Source of the DNA: Tubiluchus corallicola
Taxonomy: Eukaryota > Animalia > Priapulida
DNA length: 64,000 bases
Direction: 5' to 3'
Assembly: GCA_030141605.1 (NCBI GenBank)
Contig: JAQGDQ010000001.1
Location: 2,170,001 to 2,234,000 of the forward strand
Below the pieces are notes generated by a model, which was not told the origin of the DNA, did not search any database, and worked only from the letters and a program-made list of their open reading frames with translations. Both the position numbers and the translations under genes were made by a program. Below, piece after piece: positions 25,576 to 37,100 of this stretch (the stretch's first letter is position 1; each line of letters starts with the position of its first letter).

Positions 25576-28500
25576 TCATTAGAAATTAGATTAATTATTA
25601 TTCAATATAAATCCATTTGACATAGACACAGGCGAATTAGATATAAATCTGTTTATTTACCTAATATGTGAAATTGTGTAAAATAAACAACTAATGACAC
25701 ATGTAAGGTAATTTCTATGAAGTAGAAAAAATTATATCAGAAAAGGTTAAGGGGGTGAAGAGAAAGGGTAGCGAAAGACCACCCATCAAGTGTACAGTTT
25801 GATAAGCTTTATAATTATTGTCTCAGCATTTACGTTTGCATTGCGTAAATTGCATTTTCATTTGTTATAAAAATCCTATCTTCTTCCCTGACTGTAAATG
25901 CTGATATACTTTCTTGTTTATCTACCTCTTTGTTACTGATTTAACTACTTGCTTGCCTTCTTATTACCCGCCTACCTGATCTATCTATATGCCCTACCTG
26001 CAGGGGCACATCCGAGACGAGTTTTCTACACTCTACAGTCTACACAATGACATAAATTCACGGTAGTCCTGATCCAAAAATTACTCAGTGAAACCACACT
26101 AGAACAAGACTATCGGTTTGATTAACAATGAAGCCGCCGGACCTGCAGCTGCCGAAATAAGTATTAAAGTTTACCCATATAAAAACACCGAACATGATTG
26201 CATAAATAAAAAAAATATTAAAAACACTGTTTTATCCAGCTTGTCTGTACAAACAATTTCGTACAGGTTGATTTCCTTTATTACTGTGCTCAAAAAAAAA
26301 GAAGTGAAGATGGTAGAGAGAGGGGTTGGGTTCAACATAAATTGCAGTCTGAAATAATAAAAATAAAGGCAACATGTAGAACTTAATAATTTACTGTAGG
26401 TTTAACACACTACAACAAAAATTAAATTTAAAGCACTAACCTCCGTTTAAGTAAATCAAAAAACCACAAAATAAAATTTGAAGCAAAACAATACTTAACA
26501 AACTACATTATGAAATTTGAAATCTGAACTTTACCAGCTGACTATGAAACCTGAACTAGTACTGCCCAACGTACAATAGCCAGGACTCCTGTTACACCTC
26601 ATTAACTCTAGTTGAAACCCAGTAAATGTATGTAAATCGACAGTACAGTAAACAGCTTAAGAAATCTATATATGCATGCATATATAAGAACAGCATGCGG
26701 AAAAAAGTTCTAGCGGCGCCTGGTGGGACTCTCGGAAGGAGATAAACGGCTCTTTAGAAAGAGGAAGAACAGGGCTACGCGATGATGTCGGCTATATTTT
26801 AGGACAGGTCCACCAAAAGGAGTACCGACGAGTTAATTAGATTTCTATTTCCAACAAAAACCACCAAACCACACCACCAAACCCAAACCACACAACAAAA
26901 ACCCCCCAAATAGGTAAATTATTTTTACAGGCAAATTATTAACAGATGGCAGCACCTCCCTATGATACTACCACTTTCTGCTAAATCTAAGTCTTAAAAG
27001 AAAACACTAATTATGGCACCACCGCGTAAGAAAATGTACATTATCAAATTGTTTCGTTAACAATACAAACGCTTTCGTGGAACCTATTTGTATTTCGTAA
27101 TGGTTTTCATTATTATTAGTTACAGAGGCTGAATTTTCATTTTTAATCGCCTTTGTTTTATTTCTGTTAATTTTGACACGCATAGATAATTCTTTAATTC
27201 TTCGCTTGCAGACTTGTTTTAGAAACGATGAAAATCAGGACAAGCAAAACAAATGGACAAAAAACAACAACGACAACTGCGTGTCTCACCTTCATTTTTC
27301 TTCATTTTTATGCTAGTGCTTCAGATTTTGCCACATTTACAATAGCTCGGTCAGCTATGTAGCTAGTGCCATCAAGTGTGTAACACTGTAATGAAAGCAC
27401 AGCATTCCTAGTTGTGTCAGCGTATCACGTCAGTACAAGACAACAGTCTAGAACGAAGCGTCGATCACGTGTCTAAAAAGACAAGTTCACTGCTATTATT
27501 TTACCGTTAGCGTCAGTTACGGCACAAATAAAGCATGTTTAACCATGCTTTGAAAACTAGGTTTAAACTTTGACCTACGGCATTTGAGTCGCTAGGCCAG
27601 AAGTGTCACCGAACAAAAGGTTACCTTTTTGTATAAACTATTCAGGTTGTTGGTCTCTATTAGCTATTAAAGAGCAGTTTTTAAGATAAGGCATAGTCTG
27701 CTATCTCAATATTTCCTGCGTATTTATGCGATGCTGTGTCTACAAACACATCAAAGCATATCGTACCTCGTGTTTGTTTCTTCAAAAGAATTAACTGCCT
27801 TAAGTTATTAAAACTTCACGTCAGCCTTACATAAGGCTACTAGCATACACTTTGAAGTTTAGACCATAAGAAAGTAAGGATGCGAATACAAAAAAACAGA
27901 ATTCCAAAAACTAATTTCCTAGTTGTACTTTAAGCACGTTAGATTGTCGCACAATTTTGTGATAAAGCAGCCAAAGTTAAAAATTGAATTTATAAGCAAG
28001 TCGTGTGAAATTACCAAAACCAGTATTCCGATCAAAGTAACGGGTGTTAGGAATCAATGACGGAAGAGGCCAAGAGCGCTACTACACTTTCTGCAAATGG
28101 TAAAGAGATAAAAGGGCCTGTCGCACGCAGATTTTTACTACTCGATAAATACCGTTTTGCGAACTTAGTCGGACGCGAATTTTTATTTGTATTTATTTCT
28201 TTATTTCTATCTCGCGATTTCTGAGTCAGAAAATTTTCATCCCCAGTATAGTTACATCAAGTTTATGGTCTTATTAAAACAGATGTTTTAATAACATTCT
28301 TATGGCAGTTTTAATAATATCCTTATAACATTCTTGACATTCTTATGCAGAGGTGGTGTTTGTTAGCCAATTTTCTGCCCGTGCTTGGAAAATATTCCAC
28401 AGATAATGAGACTGGAAATTGAATAGCAAGGCCACAGTACTTGTATAGTCGATGCCCATGGACGGGATGTTTCACTTGAAGGGTCAGCTTATCAAAGCGT

Positions 28501-28619
28501 TACTAATGACACTGGGAGTCTGTTCTATCAAGCGGCATGCAACCAGGCAGACATAATTTTATATGCAACACCTTTCAAGTGAACAAATAACAAATGCTTA
28601 GCAAAATTTCTTTCTTTTC

Positions 28620-28920
28620 TCTTCATATCATTTTTATTGTCAGCATCATCATCCTAGCATCCTTATCCTCATCATCGCCAAAACGATCGCCACTATCGTC
28701 ATTATCATCATTGCTATTTTTGCCTCATTGCATTCTTATCACCATCATTGTCATCGCTGCCGTCTGTTGTCACCATAATCATCATCATGTTCATCGCGAT
28801 CGCTTACATGACGTCATATGTGTAAGCATCATAATTCATGATTGTTGCCTCTGGTGGAAAATAGGTTGAAATCATCGTTATCGGTATCTCTGTCATCATC
28901 ACTATCACCACTATCGTTAA
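28620..28920. repeat. Degenerate (CAT/ATC)n trinucleotide low-complexity tract
   Basis: catcatcatc/tcatcatcactatcacc runs. Confidence 0.75.
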
Positions 28921-29099
28921 TTTTAGAAAACTGCCAAAATAAAACTTTAGCCTGTGAAATAATATTATTCAACATGACCGACCACTCCACTAGAATTAAA
29001 GAGGAGTACAACCTGCATACCAAAGCACTCGTAAATAGGAAATTAAAAATTGGCGTACTTGCTCAATATATCATAGATTACAACATGCAAGAAGTAAAT

Positions 29100-30745
29100 A
29101 TTCAATGCAAATTGGATTTTTGACAGTATTGTACCTCCAAAGATGAATCGGAATTTGAGAATTTGTGTGCGATATCAGCACAATATCGTTAGTGCTACTC
29201 TAAATCACGGTCACTATAAATTTGTCTGCGTGGTTCCTTTTCTAGATTGATTTCTCCACGTTAAATAATAATAACCGCAACACAATTTAATACGATTTAA
29301 TGCTAATAACGTATTTGTGACGACGAGAGAATAATTTTATTTATTTTTTATTTTATAGGCGATTTAGAATCTTTTTACTTTAAATTTTTAGATTTAGTCG
29401 GGTCAACACCCTTATTGACAAAGAGCATCATTTTATATTGCTGATTTGTTTTTTACCTCTAACAGAACATTAAAGTGCGCAGAAGCCTATATATATATAT
29501 ATAATGTAGTGTATGTATTAATGATCATTGTAAGCAATGTCTGTTTGAGTGAAATTACTGGAACAAATTTCTAAGTAGGCAGTACATAGCTAATAGGCAT
29601 CACAAACTCAGTAGTTAGGCCCTATAACGACTTCATTGAAACAGTCATTAGTTATAATAATCATTATACTTGCCCAGCATAATGCTTATCCGCACATTTA
29701 GTATATAGAGTCGATACAGTATTTATAGGACAAATATTATAGTTGTTAGTTTTCTAGGTTTCTGTCAGCGTTTGTCGTCATTACCGCAATTTTTGCGTGT
29801 ATATAACCACATTATCGAATCTACTGTTTTTGTGGTAATTGAAGAAAGTCATCTTCGTCTTCGTTGTCATCATCATCACTGTCACTATTATCATTAGTCA
29901 CTGTCAAAATGCAATCTACATGTACACGTAAAAGACTGGGTTAGGCAGCAAGCATGTAACGCTCTCTGTGTCAATTAGTTGTACACAAGTAATAATTAAG
30001 AAATTGAAAGTTCGAAAAGTTATTTGCCGTGAGTTGGTCAGTGTGCCGTATAGTATTTCGAGAGCACATTAACAATTATAGGTGCCAAATTGTTAACAGC
30101 GAATAAATTACAATATGCTTTTCGCTGGAATTAAATATTCGATCCAAATTAAATTTTTGGTAGTATTACGCCTCTATAGATAAATTGGAATTTGGGAATT
30201 TGTGTGCGATATCAGCATAATATCGTAAGTGTTACTCTAAATCACCATAAAATCGTCCCTATAAATTCGTCTGAGTGTTTTCTATTCGTGGTTGATTTTC
30301 ACATGTTAAATAATAATACCTGCAACACAATTTAATACGATATAATGATAATAACGTATTTGTGACGATGGCCCGTCGCACTGCGACGAGAGAGTAAATT
30401 TTACTTTTTATTTTAAAGACGATTTAGAGTTTTTTGTACTTTAAATTTTTAGATTTAATCCGGTCTGCACCCTTATTGACAATGAGCATCTTTTTATACT
30501 CCTAATTTGTCTTTTACCTCAAACAGAACATTAAAGATACACAGATGCGTGTTTATATATATATATATATATATTATGTAGCATATGTATTAATGGTTAT
30601 TATATGTCTAGAGATATAGAACCAAATTACTAAATAGGCAGTACAAACGTAACAAACTCAGTAGTAAGGCCCTATAACGACTTCGCTAAAACAGTCATCG
30701 GCAATAATCATAACCCTCATACAACATAATATATATGCTTCTTCG
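29100..30745. repeat. Local tandem duplication (about 550-600 bp clearly alignable: 29100-29690 vs 30140-30745)
   Basis: GAATTTGTGTGCGATATCAGCA, GCAACACAATTTAATACGAT, CACCCTTATTGACAA, the (TA)n run and AGGCCCTATAACGACTTC recur in the same order about 1.04-1.05 kb apart. Confidence 0.85.
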
Positions 30746-31189
30746 CATCTTTGGTGATCTGTTAAAAGTAAAATACCGATGCGACCTCAAATTACGCGAT
30801 GGTGGAGCACTTAAATATAGCATTTGACCGAAAAATCCACGCAGCAAAATAAGTAGCATCATCATTAGCTATATAATTTACATGCTTACATGCCACAACA
30901 ATAGTATATATTATGTAATAACTGTCATCCTTGTTATAGAAGGCATATTTTAAGAAAGAGACTGCTTATGTTGACTATTTTGAGAAAAATAGATTATTTG
31001 TGATCATACTACCTTAATACATTGTCATAAATAATTAATAGGCAGCGTAATTGTCTGTAACTAATACTATACTATATTGTAGAAGCAAACGTATCATTGT
31101 GGAAAATGTTATAGGCACTTTTAACATTCGGCATCGTAGCTGTGGTTAATGAAATAAAAACTCTTATAGATGCATTCTATTTCTATACT

Positions 31190-31260
31190 TAGTATAGCTA
31201 CCCGAAAAGCTGAAGGCCATGGGTTCGAGTCCCAGTGAAAGTGGAAACTTTTTTCAAACT
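31190..31260 (+). repeat. tRNA-related repeat fragment
   Basis: B-box GGGTTCGAGTCCC followed by a T-run; no complete tRNA fold. Confidence 0.35.
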
Positions 31261-34022
31261 TTCTAATTTAATATTGCTTTTGATATGTGCTTACGTGATA
31301 AGTTGAACAAAGCTACGTCAGTATAGCTAGTACAGCAGGAAAATACGGTCATCTGGTTTCATTGTTAGTTTTATTATTTAAACTACCCTGACAATGCATG
31401 CGATTTTCAGTCCACATTTTATCATGAAATTCAGCCAATTTTCACCGCGATTTTCACAACAGATTTAGATTTACCATTCGCATTTGGGCTAAAGCACATG
31501 CACACCCTGCATACATATTTACAAAAAGAAATTAACTGTTGTCGAAAAGAAAGCTAAATGTCATTAACAGAGGTCACCTCGCCCTTAGGCTGTTTTCATA
31601 CCAGTACGTTTGAGCGACACAACCGACTCAGAAGAAATGACACGAATAAAACTAAAGTCATTCGCGAAGCTAGTGCGCTGAATTGTAAAACTGTGGTATG
31701 TAGGTTAGGTCGAAATAAAATGTAGGCCTTAATATTACTTTTATTATTAAACATAAGGTAAAGTCAGCTAGACTCCAACTTTTTTATATTGTTTCGAATG
31801 AAATAAATATAATACTCATCTTTGTTTTACTTGGTTACATGAAACGTTATTTTCATTACGATCCAAGTAAGATTAGCAACTATTGAATAAAATGTTCAAG
31901 AGTAAAATAAAGTTTAGTAATATTCAAAAAGTGTGTAAAATATAAATTAAAAGACAAGGGTAAAAGTTAAATAAATTTTTATAAATTAAAACTATTATAA
32001 GTATTATAGTAATGTAAACTAAAAGCAATAAATTTGAAATGTCTTGGTGTCTTAAATTGTTTAATTTTGCGCTATAATTCGGGCATTTACTGTATGATGC
32101 ACCATAACACGTTAACATATTAAAACGATAATTGTAATGCAAATTTACACATGGAATTTGGTAAAATTTTTGTAGATAATTAACTAAGGAATAAAAAATA
32201 TAACAATTAAAGAAACTTATTTAAAGGTTATGAGCTAATTTTCTCTAAAAATAGGTAAAATTCTCCCAACTATAAATAAAAGTTCGTTGATTATATTACT
32301 TGCCAATTTGCAGATTGCAGTTAGCTTATGTATTTTAATCAGTTACAATTTACAAATGAGCATCTTGCCGTTAACTTGCGATAAGCAACCGACATTATGA
32401 CCCGCATTTTTTTGCATGTGTAACAAACAACAATACATATAGCAATATTTCACTGTAAAAGAAAATTTTGGCTAGGAAATTGTGCAAGATTAATCACATT
32501 TTAATTAAGCCCCATAAACTAGGTTTTCCGTTCATTGCTACATACTGTGAAGCGTTTTACTCCATAACAATAATTATTGTAGTGCTTTATAGTGTGTCAT
32601 ATATCAATTACAATATAGAAAATGTTATTCGAAACCTAAATTGCTATGCTACTTATGTAACTCACGTTAATTTCTGCACACACATTGCAGTTTTCGCAGT
32701 GCATGCCTACAATAATTATTAGTGACTGGTTAAGAGGCATTAAAATACTTAATGCTCTTATTGAAATAGGACATTCGCTAGCATTATAAACTCATTGACA
32801 CAAGTTGACACTTGTTAGGAAATACTTTTATTTTTTCAAATTTGGATTTGCTTTAGTGCGTAACAGAAGCACAACTAGGCATATTTGAAAGTTTCAAGAT
32901 AACCCTTAAATTATTTAAATATAATAAATTATAATTTATATTATATTTACTGTAATTAACTGCTTTTATGCGGAAATTCAATATTAACTTCAATATTAAC
33001 AAGTTTTTCGAAAATAAACTAATTTTTTCTAATCCTATAACACAAACAATTAGATAATCATCAAATAACAACTAATGTTTTAATCAATAAGATTAAGCAA
33101 TATTACGAGAAAATTAATTGTTATTAACAGTTATTAATTGTTAATACATACAAATCGCTCAATTTTTTACCCTCGAATAGACCAAGAGACCGATGCAGTG
33201 TTTTTCAGCAAAATCTCTAATAATGGATCAATATAAATTTTTGTTTACAGATGTCAACAATAAGAAACAAACATTATCTTTTTAAAACATGCGCAAGAAG
33301 TTGTATTGGAAATATGTATGTATTAAACGCAAAATACTAGTATACGGTAAATTATGATACCGCATAATATGATAACGCGCTACTAAATATGAAAATAAAA
33401 AAATACAAAAAAGACAGACACTGGTGGTGGGGACTTGTACATGACTGTCATATGGTTGAATACAAAACCACATAAGATGAATATGACATTCTAAACACAA
33501 TAATTACTGATGTATACTGGCTATATAGAATGTAGCTCTCAGTCCCTGTGTAGGTCTATATATGAACAGGTACCTGTATAGAACAAATTCCCTCAAATTC
33601 CCATTGATTAATCGTTTTAAGGGCTACTCTTGTTACTCTTTCTGTCCAAAATACGTCTCTTTACCATTGTGAAAATATTATACCTTAAAAAGTATCTCTG
33701 TAGCACTATAAAGAAGGACAATTGCCATTCTTCTTCCACGTTGCTGTTAACGTCTTTAAATTGTGATACAGCAGGTACTCCTAAAGACTCCTAAAGAAAG
33801 GTAACACCTGGACACCAGCAAGGAGCTGATGTTTGAAGTAGATTAGAGCAGATATAGATGTATCTTTGCCAATAATTAACTTCGAAGTCAAGAAAATCCC
33901 CGCTAAGCCGTCTTTTACGGCGGTTACTCTATTTTAATATTAATTCTCTGCCCCTTCAGGTGATTCCGTTACCTCTGACAATTGTGCCGATGTGAAACAG
34001 TTCAACGAGCAGATCTCGATGG

Positions 34023-34060
34023 TATATAAACTAGAACACATTCACACGTATGATGTCAGT
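34023..34060 (+). promoter_or_regulatory. TATA box + Inr core promoter of the CDA-like gene
   Basis: TATATAAA at 34023-34030 and TCAGT initiator at 34056-34060 (roughly canonical spacing), about 60 nt upstream of the ATG at 34119. Confidence 0.55.
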
Positions 34061-34118
34061 AAGGTGAAAGGAGAATTTATATAGGTCTGTGTCACACCAG
34101 TGTTTGTACGGAAGCGGC

Positions 34119-37100
34119 ATGAGAACCTTAATCGTTTTAGCGTGTTTCTGCGCGGGTAAGTATGGAAACTTTCTCATTTGGCTCTTTAAATAACGTTTGT
34201 TCTAATAAGTTTAGACAATAATTATGTAAACACCAGTTTTATGCTGCGAAAATTATCCTACGTACATTTAAACATAATTGGTAATACTCCTATTTATCGT
34301 GCAGTTTAGAAGGAGCAAAATTTCTCTAAGTGTTTACATATTTAAGTTTATTTTGTAAAGAGGTGTGAATCCTTTGTTTAAATAATACTTAAATCAATTT
34401 AATAATAATAAAAAATTGATGTTTATATTTGTAAAAACGATAATAAATGTATATAATATTATCGGATTAGCAAAAATAATAATAGATAAAGTAAGAGAAC
34501 ACAATTTTTTCATTTAATTAGCCATGTATGGTTAGTTGATCTAGTAGTGTAGATCTCCTTGAATTTGCTTTTGAGGTAATGGGACAATTATAACCTTATG
34601 TTGACTTTAACTGGCAATTTTTATTTTCTACTAAATACGATTCTCTGGCAAACATAAATACACCTAACAGAATTGCACTTAACATTCTTATTACCGAAGC
34701 ACTAAATGCGCTTCTGTTGTGGGCAAGCAGAATTAAAAAAGATCTTCCTTCAGCAGTTAGTCTAGTAAACACTAAGCACTACTATACCAATAAGCTTTTG
34801 GCGTTCTGTGAGTAATGTGGCATTACATGCCTTTCCTGTTTATTATTTTAAACATATCATTTTGTTTTTAAACAGTTTATGTGGCTGCCTTGCCAGAAAA
34901 GCGGCTCGGGGTTCCATTGTCTGCAGAAGATGACTGTAATCCACTGATAGGAGGAAGGAATTACTCAGCTGACCCTAATGACTGTTCAGTATTCTACATT
35001 TGTGATCACGGATGGCCAAAAATTACGTAAGAAGAACATTTAATCTATTATTTAGTTTTTTTTTGTGAATTAGCACGATTCTACAATATACGTGGTACCA
35101 GTACCACCGTACCACAGAACATGGTATCATGCTGTCGTGCTAGATCAAAACAAAGACAATCTAGGATAAAAATGGAACACAATACAAAACTGTAAAATAG
35201 CGGTCTGCGTTTTTAGACGTTAAGAAATATATTGTCAAATAGATTTTACAAAGTAAGTAAATGCACTTACAGCTCAAAAGTTTCTCCAAAGATGGAAAAA
35301 AGATCCATTAATTCAAGCATCCTGAATGGCCATATATGTCGCGACCCAAAACAAGGTGCCATAGGTTGACACTCCAAATAATTAAAGCAATATTGAGGCT
35401 AAAAGGCATTGATATAGCTTTATTCCTTTTGAATATAAAAAACGCCATTAATTCTAAGCATTTTTCCAGTCTTAATCAGATTAAGTGTTAATTTTGCATG
35501 GCTCTTATTTGTTTGTCTGTAGTAGTACGTTTCGTGATTTTTTGAAAATTTGGTTTCCTCCAATTTTAACCTATAAGAATCGTTTTATGGTCTTTGTGTA
35601 GCCATGTGGAAGCCAGTCCAATTCGGTTAACCGGGTCAAAACAAAAGAAGCAGTCAGTATGATTATGGCTCAAAAATCGCCAGAAAATTAGATAAGTAGT
35701 GCAGTAGCAACAGCGATAGTATTTCAGTTCGGGAGATCCTTGTTTTCAAGATGAAATTTAAGATAAGAAGTTGGGAAGCTCTAAATTGATCTTCTTTAAG
35801 TTGCTGAGTGTCGTTGTTTTCGCGAGGTAACAAAAGAGCTTTTGAACCGTTCAGTCCAACTGCGTCTGTTGGTCTTGTGTTATTTAATAAAATAAACGGA
35901 TCCGAACCTCGGTGTTACCTCGCTCACTTCGAGAATTTTCCGAAGCTCCATACTGTCTATACTAGCCTAGCCATTCGCCGGGGGGATTCTTAGTGAATTA
36001 CTCCTCGTTCTCTTTGTACCACCTGCGAAGCCATACAGTCATGTACTACAATTAGAGAGCATTACTAAAAACATGTATAGTCCTCTGCGATAAACATCGT
36101 GAGATGTAGGATAATGTTTATTTTCTTTAACAAACTACAACTCTTATCCTTTGAGAATCTGAGGTGCCGTATGAATAATTTCTATATTTATACTGCACAA
36201 CATGTAAATGTGTAGTCCACGCTGAGCCTGAATTGTGTCTATACAATATACATTGCAAGACGACGCAATGGAATAAACCTATACAAAAGCAGGCCCTTGT
36301 AATTGTTTAACTGACCCCTGTGTAAACGCTGGACTAGTGACCAGTCTACTCGGCTAGTCGGATAGTCAAAATTAGATCTCGGCACGGACACGGTTTCCAC
36401 TTGCGAAATCACACTCTTCGCTAGATGATAATATATTCAGTAATTAGCAATTAATTCTACTTAAAACTCAACTTGCATGAGAAGATGTGAAAATTGTTAA
36501 TGGCTCTAAATCTTTGCTGCTTATTTGCATTAACACCTAAAATCATTGCTAAAATAATTGGTTGTTTCACATGAACTCAGATTAACTTACAGCATACAAA
36601 CGGCCAGCTATAACCAACAATTACATCCTTATGTAATATGTAGGTTAAGCTGAACTGTTAAGAAGGGTACATGACTTGGTGAAAGGTGCCTATCTACACC
36701 TGAAGAATAAACTCAGTGTTACAAGATGCAGGTAAAGTCAACATAAAGTGTAACGTCACAGGTACATTATGATTATTACGTTGGTGCAGTTATCAATCTC
36801 TGACAAGAAAAGTCAAAAGGTGCCAAAGTGTGATCAAAATTTAGATCCAGTTCTGAATGATGTTATTGTGTAGGCACAGTACATTTCTCTAGCGCTTCCC
36901 GCTTTTCAGGAAGGTAGGTCAACAAGATCTTGCCAGTGCTTTTGGCACAAGCAACGTTTTGCGCGGTTATCTACATAATCGCTGTTGGGTTTTTCAGGTC
37001 AATAAATTTGTGTTGTCAAACACTCATTCAAACATACATTACGCTGAATTTTATTGAGGTATTTTAAAGGTCAAGTTAATGACCTTATTGAACCTAAAAT

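Noticed and set aside
26700-26910. Telomerase RNA / HDV-like ribozyme / RNase MRP candidate
   Set aside because: No telomeric template, no HDV L3/P1.1 pattern and no complete P4 motifs.
32451-32701. CACTG...CAGTG EnSpm-like MITE
   Set aside because: Only about 10 bp of imperfect TIR and no matching TSD.
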